Shown piece after piece: positions 37,135-49,156 of a stretch of 50,520 nt of DNA. The notes under the pieces are model-generated. The model was not told where the DNA came from. It worked only from the letters and a program-made list of their open reading frames with translations, and searched no databases. Source of the DNA: Chiloscyllium plagiosum (taxonomy: Eukaryota); contig NC_057720.1 of NCBI RefSeq assembly GCF_004010195.1, positions 4,133,782-4,184,301 on the forward strand. Direction: 5' to 3'. The position numbers were made by a program, and so were the translations under genes. The number at the start of each line of letters is the position of its first letter. The stretch's first letter is position 1.

Positions 37135-37183
37135 CTATTCCATTATACTGCTTGAAATTGCAACTCGCTGTGAGCCAGTCTCG
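37135..37183 (+). CDS. rGC exon L: YSIILLEIATRCEPVS
   Basis: ccAG acceptor, TCG|gtaagt donor, 49 nt, phase 2 to 0; kinase subdomain IX helix. Confidence 0.94.
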
Positions 37184-37284
37184 GTAAGTATTTCGATTCT
37201 TGATTGCCAACTTTCACAATGCAGTTCACAAACCTTCATTCACCAGAATTAAACTGCAATTTATTACATCCACATGCATTCAAG

Positions 37285-37392
37285 GGGGATATTGACCTCG
37301 ATAAGGTTGAACCAACCTGGCGTCCCTATCTTCCCGAGATTAATGCCGGAAAGTCCAACAGCGATTGCCCAAACCAGGGTGACTACACCGAG
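37285..37392 (+). CDS. rGC exon M: GDIDLDKVEPTWRPYLPEINAGKSNSDCPNQGDYTE
   Basis: caAG acceptor after a 101-nt intron, GAG|gtaaag donor, 108 nt, phase 0 to 0; RP motif and CP. Confidence 0.88.
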
Positions 37393-37719
37393 GTAAAGTG
37401 CCTACTCAGTGATACCAGATCCTGCACATGTTTCAATGAATGCAAGCAACCTTAGGAGAATTTAGCTGAAAAATCAAATACAATTTACCACCTACCAAAA
37501 TATTTTAATCTGTGGTTCTTGAGTAGCAGAGGGCACAGACAATCAGTGAAAGAATTTTGAAGATACTATTTTTTCTATATGTGGGAATGTACAGCCCCTA
37601 AGCATGTTGGAAGCAGATTTAATAATAACCTTCAAAAGGAAATTGCCTAAATATTTGAATAGTGAAAAGAATACAGAGTTTTAGCTGAAAAATATTTGAA
37701 TCCAAAAATGACTCAGTAA

Positions 37720-38425
37720 GAGGAGACAGAGGTAGAAGGCTGTTTGTGTGACTGGAGCCCGGTGTGCAGTGGTGTATCACAGGGATCAGTGCTGGGTCTG
37801 TTATTGTTTGTGATATTTAGAAGTGATGTAGATGAAAATGTGGGGTGATGATAAGTTAGAGGTGTCATGAAGATTGTCTGGATGTGTGACAGTGAGGAGG
37901 AAGGTATTGGGTTATAGGAGGATATAGATGGATTGGTCAGAGGGAGAGATCAATGGCAGAAGGAATTTAACTTGGATAAATGTGAGGGGATTTACTTTGG
38001 AAGAAAGAACAAGTCAAGGGAGTACGTAATGAATGGTAGGACACTAGGGAGTTCAGGGGGACAGAGGGATCTTGAAGTACTTGTTCACAGATCCCTGAAG
38101 GTGGCAGGACAGTTAACAGGGGAGTTCAGAATGCATACAGGGCACTTGCCTTTATCAGTCAAGGCATTGATCATAAGAGCAGGGAGATCATGTTGGAACT
38201 GTACAGAACTTTGGTTCAGCCACAGCTAGAGTACAGTGTGTAGTTCCGGTCACCACCACTACAGGAAGAATGTGATTGCACTCAGGAGTGAGTGCAGAGG
38301 AGAATCACTAGGATATTGCCTGGGATAGAATATTTCAGCATGAAGAGAGGCTGGATAAGTTGAGGTTGGTTGCTATCAGCAGAGAAGGCTGAGGGGGGAT
38401 CCTTATAAACATCTATAAGATTATG
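37720..38425 (+). mobile_element. Decayed CR1 LINE RT region
   Basis: ggtgtatcacagggatcagtgctggg; WQKEFNLDKCEGIYFG. Confidence 0.82.
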
Positions 38426-38765
38426 GAATCATAGAATCCCTACAGTGTGGAAACAAACCAATTGGCCCAACAAGTCCACTGACCCTCCAAAGAGTAACCC
38501 ACCCATAACCTTTCCCCCTACCCTATTACTCTACATTTGCCCCTAACTAATGCATCTAACCTACACTGCCCTGAATACTAGGGGCAATTTAGCATGGCCA
38601 ATTTACCTAACCTGCACATCTTTGGATTGAGGGAGGAAACTGGAGAACCTGGAGAAAAACCCACGCAGACACGGGGAGAACGTGGAAACTCCACATAGAT
38701 AGCCGCCTGAAGATGGAATTGAACCCAGGTCCCTGACGCTGTGAGGCATCAGTGCTAACCACATG
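38426..38765 (-). mobile_element. HE1-like V-SINE nested in CR1
   Basis: Reverse complement of the SINE head, V domain and tail. Confidence 0.85.
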
Positions 38766-39222
38766 AGGGCCATAGACAAGGCAGGGATAGGAAACTTCTT
38801 AGTTGAATGGTCAGTAACAAAGAGGTAAAATGTTAAGATGAAAGGCAGGAGGCTTAGAGCCAGAGGATGGTGGGGGTCTGGATTACCTTGCCTGGGAGAG
38901 TAGTCAAGGTGGGAAATCTCACAACCGTTACAAAGTATTTTGGCGAGCACTTGTAATGTCATAACATTCAAGGCTATTGTGGAAAAGTGGAACAAATGTA
39001 GATTTACAGTAGTTTTCATCGGTGAAGACTTGATGGGCCCAAGCACCTCTTCTGCACCGTCTGGTTTCACGGTTGTAATATTCTATGAACATTTGAGTAG
39101 AATAGATTTGAACCAGAACAGGTACAATCATGTTGTAACCGGATGGTTCAAAATTGTTGGTCAAAACATATTTGTGAATTTGAATGGCAACTTTAATGCA
39201 ATATTCTTTCCTTTTCTTAAAG

Positions 39223-39342
39223 TTGATTAAAAGGTGTTGGGCACACAATCCTCTTATGAGGCCAACGTTTGAACAAATCAAGAAGATGCTTGAGAAAATG
39301 AACCCCAACAAAGTAAGCCCAGTTGACAAGATGATGAACTTG
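39223..39342 (+). CDS. rGC exon N: LIKRCWAHNPLMRPTFEQIKKMLEKMNPNKVSPVDKMMNL
   Basis: taaAG acceptor, TTG|gtaaga donor, 120 nt; CW...P..RP.F of subdomain XI and start of the hinge. Confidence 0.96.
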
Positions 39343-39944
39343 GTAAGATACTTTTTTCATCCATTTTATTGCAATTCGTTATCTAGTCCATCGGAATTAC
39401 TTTCAAACTCTTCCCATGTATTTAGAATTCAAGCTTATCAAACCAAGGGTCACGAGAGCTGGAAAAGGAACAATAGGATTTCAAGCATTAAGCAGATGTG
39501 ACCCATGGTGTGACACAGAATAGATTCACAGATAGACAGAACAATTGGAATTTATTTAATGCCTTTCATGGCCTTCTGTAACCCAAATGCACTTTTTAAA
39601 GTTATTCATTCAGCGGAATGAGAGCTAATTCAGCATTTATTGCTCATCTCTCTTTGCCCAGAGCGCAGTTAAGAGTCAAACACATTGGCTATGGGGTCTT
39701 ATGTAGGACAGATCAGGTAAGGATGGCAGATGTCCTTCCCTAAAGGACATTAGTGAACCAGATGGGTTTTACTGCCGAAGCACAGTAATCGTAGTGGGGA
39801 GAATGGGGCTAACAGTTAATTCACAGCAAATGCCCACAAACAGCAGTATTATAATAATAACCGGTTAATATGTTTCCAGTGAGTTTTGATAAGGGTCATT
39901 TATTGACCAGAATACTGGAGTGAATTCCTGTCCCTATGCTATAT

Positions 39945-40560
39945 TGATCAGTGCATCGAGTATAGGATTTGGGGCTCATGTTGTGGCTGTACAGAACATT
40001 GGTTAGGCCACTTTTTAAATACTGCACTTAGTTCTGGTCTCCCTGCTACAGGAAGGATGTTGTAAAACTTGAAAGGATTCAGAAAAGATTTACAAGGATG
40101 TTGCCAGGGTTGGAGGATTTCAGCTATAGGGAGAGGCTAAACAGGCTGGGGCTGTTTTCCCTGGAGTGTCAGAGGCTGAGGGGTGACCTCATAGAGGTTT
40201 ATAAAATCATGAGGGGAATGGATAGGATAAATAGACAAGGTCTGTTCCCCCAGCTAGGGAAGTCCAAAATTAGAGGGCATAAGTTTAAGTGAGAGGGGAA
40301 AGATTTAAAAGGGATGTAAGGAGCAACGTTTTCTTGCAGAGATGGTGTGTGTATGGAATGAGCTGCCAGAGGAAGTGGTGGAGGCTGGTACAATTACAGC
40401 ATTTAAAAGGCATCTGGATGGGTATATGAATAGGAAGGGTTTAGAGAGATATGGGCCAAGTGCTGGCAAATGGGACTAGATTAGGTTAGGATACCTGGTC
40501 GGCATGGATGAGTTAGAGCGAAGGGTCAGTTTCCGTGATTTCCAACTCATTGACTCTGTG
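39945..40560 (+). mobile_element. 5'-truncated CR1 LINE
   Basis: [38 protein letters not shown]. Confidence 0.9.
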
Positions 40561-41269
40561 ACATTGACCTGAGAGAGTAGGCAGGGCCTTAATTAAACAT
40601 CACGGCCCTTCAACACCATGGGCTTCAATTTTGTGTTCCAGGATAAGGAGCCCCTGGCTCAGAGTTGAGAGGGCTGCCCTGTGGGTCACAGCTTCCCCCT
40701 TCATTCTGCCCTTACCATCTCAGAATAGCATAATTCATTGCTTGGGAATGCTCCGAAGGCTACTGTGCTTCCAATTAAACCTGTCGGACTATAACCTGGT
40801 GTTGTGTGATTTTTAACATAATTCATTGCAATATTCTGCATTTTGTTAAACACCACCACCCTCACGCCCAACACCTTCAAATTGCACACTATCTGATCTG
40901 TAAATATACTGACAAGCCTTTGTCATCACCGGGCTTGATTGAGCTGTGAAAGTCCTTCACCACACAAACTACAATTGTGCAAAGGGAAAGACTCAAGGGA
41001 ACTAATGCTTGGCAGCAAAAGTTTGCCTTACCAGTGAACCAACCAAATGAGGACCTTATGTGAAATAACTCTGCGTAGTCTCTCGGGCAGGCCTTGATGG
41101 GCATGTGTGCACCAGACTAAATGGGTTGTAGTATAAATTTGGTGCGTCTAGTTTGGGAAAAATCAAGCGTGTTTTGATTTTCTGTTTGATAGATATTGTC
41201 ACATGGGCAGGTAGATTTCTAGATTTATTCTGTACTTGGCTCAGGTTACACTTGGAAAGGAAGGGAGAG

Positions 41270-41400
41270 CTCTTGTGTTGCAGTGGTAGTGTCCCTACCT
41301 CTGAGTCAGGAGATCTGGGCTCAAGTCCCTCCTGTTCCAGAGGTGTGTCAGAATATCTTTGAAAAGATTGGCTCGAAAATAAATAAATGTGGCCATTGAA
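41270..41400 (+). mobile_element. tRNA-derived SINE head, unclassified
   Basis: gtgttgcagtggtagtgtccctacctctgagtcagg..gggctcaagtccc; similar heads at about 11565 and 36478. Confidence 0.55.
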
Positions 41401-42079
41401 CATTTACTAATGACGAAAATATTCTGGTACAGGATGCCAGATCAAAACAAATTGAAAGCAGCTCTGAACACAGTGAGGACAGGGTGAATATCCTGTGCAG
41501 GTTATGGGCCTGGATGCCACCCACTTTCACCCATTCTGCTGAGTGGCAGCACATTCCTATTGGACACATATCAATTCATCCAGCCTCTGTTTCATCAGCA
41601 AGCATGCCACTGATTGGTGCGTGCTGGAGTTGATGTTGCAACAATGGTGCCTTAATCAAAGCCATCTACCTAATCTGGCTTTTCTGCTGCCCTCATGTCC
41701 AAGACTTGAGCCATGGGCTCCCCATTGGGAGTTTGGAAAAAGGGTCACTGGACCCGACATGCTAACTCTGCTTTCTCTCCACAGATGTTGCCAAGCAATT
41801 TCTGACTTTGTTTCTGATCCCCAGCATCCTCAGTGCTTTGTTTTTTTTTTGACTCTCCACTGGATTGGTCCATGCTCAAAGATGAAGGACTGTGGTGATT
41901 TGTCATTGCATTCTGAAGGATGGCTGAGCAAAAGACTCTCCCACTCGTGTTGTCTGCCTGTCTATGGGAAGGATTTACAGGCTAATAATCAAACTGTTTG
42001 ACCATGTTACAAACATACCTTCCATGGCCAACAATTCCTGGAGCAGGACTTGAACCACTGTGGATACTATCTCTGTGCC

Positions 42080-43042
42080 ACAAGACTTGTCATTTGTAAT
42101 ATATGCAAAAGATTTGAATGTGAATATAGGAGGAATGATTAGTAAGTTTGTAGATGACACCAAAATTGGTGGCATAGCAGACAGTGAAGAAGGTTACCTC
42201 AGAGTGCAACTGGATCTTGGTCAGATGAGCCGAAGGGCTGAGGAGCGATAAAGGGAGTTTAATAAAAATAAATGTGAGGTTCTACATTTTGGTCGGGAAA
42301 ATCATGACAGGACTTACACACGTAATGGTAACGTCCTGGGGAGTGTTGCCAAACAAAGAGACCTTGGAGTGCAGGTTCATAGCTCCTTGAGAGTGGAGTC
42401 GCAGGTAGATAGGATAGTGAAGAAGGTGTTTGTTGCACTTGCTTTTATTGAGCAGTGCATTAATCATAGGAATTGGGAGGTCATGTTGCAGTTCGGCCAT
42501 CTTTGGAATACTGTGTTCAGTTCTGGTCTTCCTGCTATAGGAAACATGTTGCTAAACTTGAAATGGTTCAGAAAAAAATTGATAACGATGTTGTCAGGGC
42601 TATAGGGTTTGAGCTATAGGGAAAGGTTGAATAGGCTGGGGCTGTTTTCCCTGGTTTGTCGGGGGTCTTACAGAGCTTTATAAAATCATGAGGGACATGA
42701 ATAGGATAAATAGATAAAGTCTTTTCCCTGAGATGGGGGAGTCCAGAACTAGAGGGCATAGATTTAGCGTGAGAGGGGAAAGATATAAAAGGGAACCGAG
42801 GGGCAACTTTTTCACAAAGAGGGTGGTGTGTGTATGGAATCAGTTGCCAGAGGAAGTGGGGGAGGCTGGTATAACTACAACATTTAAAAGGCAGCTGAAT
42901 GGGTATATGAGTAGGAAGGGTTTAGAGGGATATGGACCAAATGCTGGTAAGTGGGAATGGATTCGTTTAGGATATCTGGTCAGCATGGACGGGTTGGAGC
43001 GAAGGGTCTGTTTCCATGCTGTACATCTCCATGACTCTATGA
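42080..43042 (+). mobile_element. 5'-truncated CR1 LINE
   Basis: ISKFVDDTKIGG...; ctatgact tail. Confidence 0.9.
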
Positions 43043-43493
43043 CTTGCTATCTGTTTCTCGATGGATCCCAATGTAGCAACTTCATCTCATCATTATCACA
43101 GCTACTGAGACCTGAGAAAACCTAACTTTGATTTATTTTGAATAGATTATCAGCGCTTTTACTAAGGTTGTAGGGCTCACATTGCTAATGAGGACCAAGG
43201 ATTTACATAATCGTAATTGGCCTGTTCTGACCTGTTATGAGACACTCACTGGAATGGATAGGGTTTGAAGATGGGCCTCCTAGCTCAGAGACAAGCACAC
43301 TACTACTGTACCACACATGCCCGTGGCCTCCTGTTTATTCCATTTTATATTATAAGATCCAATAACTTTTGGTTATTATTTTTGGGACTGCTTTCTATCC
43401 CCTTCCAGTTACAGAAATTGCAAATCAGTCCCTCGCCTGATTGTATCTTGGTCATTTAGCCTACAGTAACTCTGCCATTGTGTTTATACTTAG

Positions 43494-43587
43494 ATGGAAA
43501 AGTACAGCAAGCACCTGGAATCTATTGTGGCTGAAAGGACTCAAGACCTCCTTCAGGAGAAACAAAAGACAGATTCCCTGCTATACA
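43494..43587 (+). CDS. rGC exon O (dimerization coiled-coil): MEKYSKHLESIVAERTQDLLQEKQKTDSLLY
   Basis: ttAG acceptor, A|gtaaga donor, 94 nt; ME.Y...LE..V.ERT..L..EK.K...LL signature. Confidence 0.97.
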
Positions 43588-43691
43588 GTAAGACAGCCCA
43601 GTTAACATTCAGCCCATATCACTGTCCTTGAAGAGAATGTTCACAGAGCATGTAGCCTGATTGATGGTTTTGTTGTTGTATTCATCACCAG

Positions 43692-43779
43692 GCATGTTAC
43701 CAAAGCAAGTCGCTGATGATCTTCGTCAAGGGATTACTTCACAAGCTCAAAGTTACTCGAATGCTACTGTCTTTTTCAG
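43692..43779 (+). CDS. rGC exon P: SMLPKQVADDLRQGITSQAQSYSNATVFF(S)
   Basis: ccAG acceptor after a 104-nt intron, AG|gtgtgt donor, 88 nt; MLP..VA..L motif. Confidence 0.96.
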
Positions 43780-43819
43780 GTGTGTCCCTTGGGTGTTGTG
43801 AATCTGATTTCACTGTGGC

Positions 43820-44080
43820 CATTCTCCCCGTGTCTGCATGGGTTTTCTCCGGGGTGCTCCAGTTTTCTCCCACAATCCAAAGATGTGCAGGTTAGGTGAT
43901 TTGGCCATGCTAAATTACCCATAGTGTTCCCAGGTATGTATACGTTAGGTGCATTAGTCAGGGGTAAATATGGAATAAAAGGGTAGGGGAATGGGTCTGG
44001 GTGGGTTACTCCTCGGAGGGTCGGTGTGGACTTGTTGGGCCGAAGAACCTGTTTCCACACTGTAGGGAGTCTATGATTCT
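43820..44080 (+). mobile_element. 5'-truncated HE1-like V-SINE
   Basis: V domain and tail, about 40 nt downstream of exon P. Confidence 0.82.
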
Positions 44081-44704
44081 ATGTGGTGATGCTGATGATG
44101 TTATTTTGGATAATGGTGCCACGTTTGGCATTTTTCTCTGTTACTGTCAAGTCAAAGCATGTCTAATAAACTGCTTTATTTGTTTAGAATAGATCTTTTA
44201 CTCAATACTCTGGTGGGTTAGCTAAAGAGAATGAAACCATTTCTATTCTAACATTCCTAACACAAACACAGCATGGATGCAGAGTGAATCTCATTGCTTC
44301 TATCCCAACTTCAGAATGTACCAGAGGGGCCATGAATGTGAAATATGCTCATGGGTCAGAACAACACTTTGGAGATTGGAACAAAGTTTACCTTTTAAAA
44401 TTGATGACTTTCAAAGGTGAGTTCTAATGAGAGGTCATCAACATGAAAAGATAACGCTGTTACTTTCTCCACTGATGCTGCCTGACCAGTTGAATACTTC
44501 CAGCAATTACTGTTTAAGAATATAAGGAAGCCTTTTGACAGTTCAAGCCTGCTCCACCATTCAATAAGAGCTTCTCACATTTAAAATAATCCCTACATTC
44601 TCCAATTTCTTCCATTCCTTAATTTTAACTTAGTTTTTCAGTTTTGCAGAAAAAGGACACATTTTGTCACACTCTCATCAAGTGAAGGTAAAGTCACCAT
44701 CATC

Positions 44705-45880
44705 CTCCAATCTTGTTTATTTGTATTTGCTGCACCCAATGTGGCCTACTCTATATTGGAGAAACCAAACACAGACTGTGTGACCGCTTTGCGGAACATC
44801 TCTGGTCTGTGTGCAACCCTGACCTTCCTCTGGCTGGTCATTTTAGCACAGTGACCTGCTCGCATGCCCCATGTATCTGTCCTCAGCATGCTGCAGTGTT
44901 CCAGTGAATCACAGCACAACATCTCATCTCCAGGCTCAGAACTTTACAGCATTCTGGTCTTAATATTGAGTTGGGTTTTTTACCTCCTTCAAAAACGCCA
45001 TCCCGTATTCCCAATTCCTCCGCTGTATCTGCTCCCAGGAGGACCAGTTCCACCACAGAACACACCAGATGGCCTCCTTCTTTAGAGACCGCAATTTCCC
45101 TTCCCACGTGGTTAAAGATGCCCTCCAACACATCTCNNNNNNNNNNNNNNNNNNNNNNNNNNNNNNNNNNNNNNNNNNNNNNNNNNNNNNNNNNNNNNNN
45201 NNNNNNNNNNNNNNNNNNNNNNNNNNNNNNNNNNNNNNNNNNNNNNNNNNNNNNNNNNNNNNNNNNNNNNNNNNNNNNNNNNNNNNNNNNNNNNNNNNNN
45301 NNNNNNNNNNNNNNNNNNNNNNNNNNNNNNNNNNNNNNNNNNNNNNNNNNNNNNNNNNNNNNNNNNNNNNNNNNNNNNNNNNNNNNNNNNNNNNNNNNNN
45401 NNNNNNNNNNNNNNNNNNNNNNNNNNNNNNNNNNNNNNNNNNNNNNNNNNNNNNNNNNNNNNNNNNNNNNNNNNNNNNNNNNNNNNNNNNNNNNNNNNNN
45501 NNNNNNNNNNNNNNNNNNNNNNNNNNNNNNNNNNNNNNNNNNNNNNNNNNNNNNNNNNNNNNNNNNNNNNNNNNNNNNNNNNNNNNNNNNNNNNNNNNNN
45601 NNNNNNNNNNNNNNNNNNNNNNNNNNNNNNNNNNNNNNNNNNNNNNNNNNNNNNNNNNNNNNNNNNNNNNNNNNNNNNNNNNNNNNNNNNNNNNNNNNNN
45701 NNNNNNNNNNNNNNNNNNNNNNNNNNNNNNNNNNNNNNNNNCCCACCCTTCCCTAGCTTATCTCTCCACCCTTCAGGTTCTCTGCCTGTATTCCTGATGA
45801 AGGGCTTTTGCCTGAAACGTTGATTTTACTGCTCCTCGAATGCTGCCTGAACTGCTGTGCTCTTCCAGCACCACTAATCC
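44705..45880 (+). mobile_element. Penelope-like element pieces spanning the assembly gap
   Basis: GIY-YIG motif ICICCTQCGLLYIGETKHRLCDRFAEHL; MASFFRDRNFP; terminal hammerhead core CTGATGA-a-GGGC-tttt-GCCT-GAAACGTT at 45794-45821. Confidence 0.85.
45137..45741. other. Assembly gap (605 N)
   Basis: Run of N. Confidence 1.
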
Positions 45881-45999
45881 TTAATATTGAATTCACCACC
45901 TTCAGATTGTGAACATTTCTTCCCTTTCATTTAGCTTGTTATTATGTCCTCCTTTCCCCCCATCCCACTTACTGGACTTTCAAATCTGGCCAGAGACAC

Positions 46000-47640
46000 A
46001 CCATCGTCAGTATTCACACTGGATAAAGACAATGTTGTCGAGGAGAATACTGAGATACAGTCTACTAGACTAGATGGGATTGAGGTTCACAGGGAGGAGG
46101 TGTTAGCAATTCTGGAAAGTGTGAAAATAGAAAAGTCCCCAAGGTTAGATAGGATTTATCCTAGGATTCTTTAGGAAACTAGAGAGGAGATTGCCGAGCC
46201 TTTGGCTTGGATCATTATGTCGTAATTGCCTACAGGAATAGTGCCAAAAGACTGGAGGATAGCAAATGTTGTTCCCTTGTTCAAGAAGGGGAGTCAGGAC
46301 AATCCTGGTAATTATAGACCAGTGAGCCTTATTTTGGTTATGTGTAAAGTGTTGAAAAAGATTATAAGAGATAGGATTCATAATAACCTAGAAAGGAATA
46401 ATTTGATTGGGGATAGTCAAAACGATTTTGTGAAAGGTAAGTTGTGCCTCACAAACCTGTTTGAATTCTTTGAGAAGGTGACCTAACAAGTGGATGAGGG
46501 TAAAGCAGTTGATGTGGTGTATATGGATTTCAGTTAAGTGGTTGATAGGGTTCCCCATGCTAGGCTATTACAGAAAATACAAAGGCTGAGATTGAGGGTG
46601 ATTTTGTGGTTTGGATCAGAAATTGGCTAGCTGAAAGAAGACAGAGCTTGGTGGTTGATGGGAAATGTTTATCCTGGAGTTCAATTATCAGTGGTGTACT
46701 GCAAGGATCTGTTTTGAGGCCACTGCTGTTTGTCATTTTTATAAATGACGTGGATGAGGGCATAGAAGGATGGGTTAATAAATTTGCAGATGGCACTAAG
46801 GTCAGTGGAGTTGTGCACAGTAAGGAAGGATGTTGCAGATAACAGATACAGATAGATAAGTTGCAGAGCTGGGCTGAGAGGCGGCAAATGGAGTTTAATG
46901 TGGAAAAGTGTGAGGTGATTCACTTTGGTCGGAGTAACAGGAATGCAGAGTACTGGGCTAATGGTAAGATTCTTGGTAGTGTGGATGAGCAGAGAGATCT
47001 CAGTGTTCCTGTACATAGATCCCTGAAAGTTGCCACCCAGGTTGGTAGGGTTGTTAAGAAGGCATACGGTGTGTTAGCTTTTACTAGTAAAGGGACTGAG
47101 TTTCGGTCATGTTGCAGCTGTACAAAACTCTGCACTTGGAGTATTGCATGCAGTTCTGGTCACCGCTTTATAGGAAGGATGTGGAAGCTTTGGAAAGGGT
47201 GCAGAGGAGGTTTACCAGGATGTTGTCTGATATGGAGGGAAGGTCTTGTGAGGAAAGGCTGAGAGACTTGAGGCTGTTTTCATTAGAAAGAATGACTTAA
47301 TTGAGACATATAAGATAATCAGAGGGTGAGATCGGGTGGACAGTGAGAGCCTTTTTCCTTGGACGGTGATGACTAGCACAAAGGGACATAGCTTTAAATT
47401 GTGGGGTGATAGATATAGGAAAGATGTCAGAGGTATTTCCTTTACTCAGAGAGTAGTAAGGGCATGCATGGAACGCCCTGCTTGCAACAGTAGTAGACTC
47501 GCCAACTTCAAGGGCATTTAAATGGCCATTGGATAAACATATGGATGATAATGGAATAGTGTAGGTTAGATAGGCTTCAGATTGGTTTCACAGGTTGGCG
47601 CAACATCGTGGGCCGAAGGGCCTATACCGCGCTGTAATCG
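46000..47640 (+). mobile_element. CR1 LINE RT domain to 3' end, inactivated
   Basis: WRIANVVPLFKKG..DNPGNYRPVSL, GVLQGSVLRPLLFVIFIND, KFADGTK; stops and frameshifts. Confidence 0.93.
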
Positions 47641-47990
47641 AACATAGAATGTTACAGCACAATGCAGGCCCTTCAGCCTTCGATGTTGCGCCAACCTGTG
47701 CAATATTCTATGTTCTATGTTAATTGTTCTGCCATTGTCACATTCTCACCACTTATTCTGAACTATCAACATCTTTTCTCCACCAGCACCCTATACCCAC
47801 TATCCCAAGCCCTCCCAAACTGCATCATGCTGCCCCCTTCACACTTCACTTCAGCTCTGATGAAGTGTCATCTAGACTTGAAACAAATGCTTGCTCTCTC
47901 TTCATAGATGCTGCCTGAGCCACTGGGATCTCCAGAATTTGGTGTTTTCACCATAGTCCTACCTGACTATTAGGCTGCTCTTTTATTACA

Positions 47991-48009
47991 GAGAGACAGA
48001 GAGAGAGAA

Positions 48010-48050
<41 letters not shown>

Positions 48051-48058
48051 GAGAGAGA
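47991..48058. repeat. (GA)n imperfect microsatellite, tail of a minus-strand SINE
   Basis: GA array followed by the same sequence that follows the (GA)n at 16718-16733. Confidence 0.9.
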
Positions 48059-48522
48059 TAACTAGTGGTGGTTTAAACTGAGGGTCACCATGTCTCAGGT
48101 GAGGGGTGAAGTTGAGGAGGTGGGACCTTCGTGGTAATCTTAGCTGGTGCAGAAATTGAAGCTGTTAGCATCATCCTGTATCACAAATGGGTCCAGCCAA
48201 CTGAGGTAACCAGTCCCCTGCTCTCAGCAGGACACTTTACAAGAATACGAATCAAAGGGAAGATAATACTTTCATATTGTGAGAGAAGAATGTTCTGATT
48301 GGTTGGAAAGTTACTTCTGGTTGATAGGCTCCACTTGCTAAGCAATCAATTTGCTTTTCTCACGCAGTATAAAAATATTATACCCCCTTTACATTGATGT
48401 TTGTTGTGAACAGCCTGGTGAGTGACATCCTTCACCATTTTTACAGCCAGAATTGACAAACTCATCATGAATTTTTATGTGTTCCAAACTAAGAGCTCCC
48501 TGTGTGTTTTTCTCCTTCAAAG

Positions 48523-48662
48523 TGATATTGTTGGATTCACTCAGCTCTCCAGTGCCAGCACCCCTTACCAGGTGGTGGATTTTCTCAACAGACTCTACAC
48601 CTGCTTTGATGCTATCATTGATAACTACGACGTCTACAAGGTTGAGACAATTGGTGATGCCT
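48523..48662 (+). CDS. rGC exon Q (cyclase catalytic domain, N-terminal half): [46 protein letters not shown]
   Basis: caaAG acceptor, T|gtaagt donor, 140 nt; both metal-binding Asp residues (DIVGFT, IGDA) and the GTP-specifying Glu (KVET) are present. Confidence 0.98.
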
Positions 48663-49007
48663 GTAAGTATATTCTACAGTCGCGTAACTGAGAGAAGCCA
48701 TTCCACAGATAATTCTCCTGACTTTTTGATTCCTGCTGCAAGGATCTTTCACACAGCGAAATTCCAAAGCTTATTGAACAGTTTGGTTTTAATTAAAGGA
48801 ACATTTTAGTTGTTACAACCTCTTGCTCGATAATATTGATGCCCTATAGAAAACCTCAGGCCCCTTATTACGCAGGGAGACTGCTACAAGTCTTCGGAGT
48901 GTATCGGATGTCTGTTATCGGTTTTAAAAAATTATTCATTCAGGAAACATGGGTATTGCTAGTTCATTCATTGATTGCCTGTGCGAGACTGGTGCTTGTT
49001 ATGTTAT

Positions 49008-49156
49008 AGGCAAAAGTGAGGACTGCAGATGCTGGAAACCAGAGTTTAGATTAGAGTGGTGCTGGAAAAGCACAGCAGGTCAGGCAGCATCCTAGGAGCA
49101 GCTCCTCGGATGGTGCCTGACCTGCTGTGCTTTTCTAGCACCACTCTAGTCTAAAC
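49008..49156. mobile_element. Family A palindromic element with 14-bp TSD
   Basis: gcttgttatgttat at 48994-49007 and 49157-49170. Confidence 0.85.

Larger units (their letters stand above)
5078..48662 (+). other. Multi-exon gene span (partial at both ends): atypical single-pass receptor guanylyl cyclase
   Basis: 17 exons joined by hand; all 16 introns GT..AG with matching phases and no stops. Domain order: ectodomain, TM, kinase-homology domain, coiled-coil, cyclase ([16 protein letters not shown]). Confidence 0.95.

Noticed and set aside
37221..37284. In-frame upstream acceptor for exon M
   Set aside because: It would leave a 41-nt intron, too short for vertebrate splicing.
44883..45797. 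Long ORFs (242-287 aa) in the ORF track
   Set aside because: Artefacts of translating through the 605-N gap.
5078..48662. Assigning NPR1, NPR2 or GUCY2x as the gene symbol
   Set aside because: The cytoplasmic motifs are generic rGC, while the ectodomain and intron pattern do not fit; orthology needs a phylogeny.
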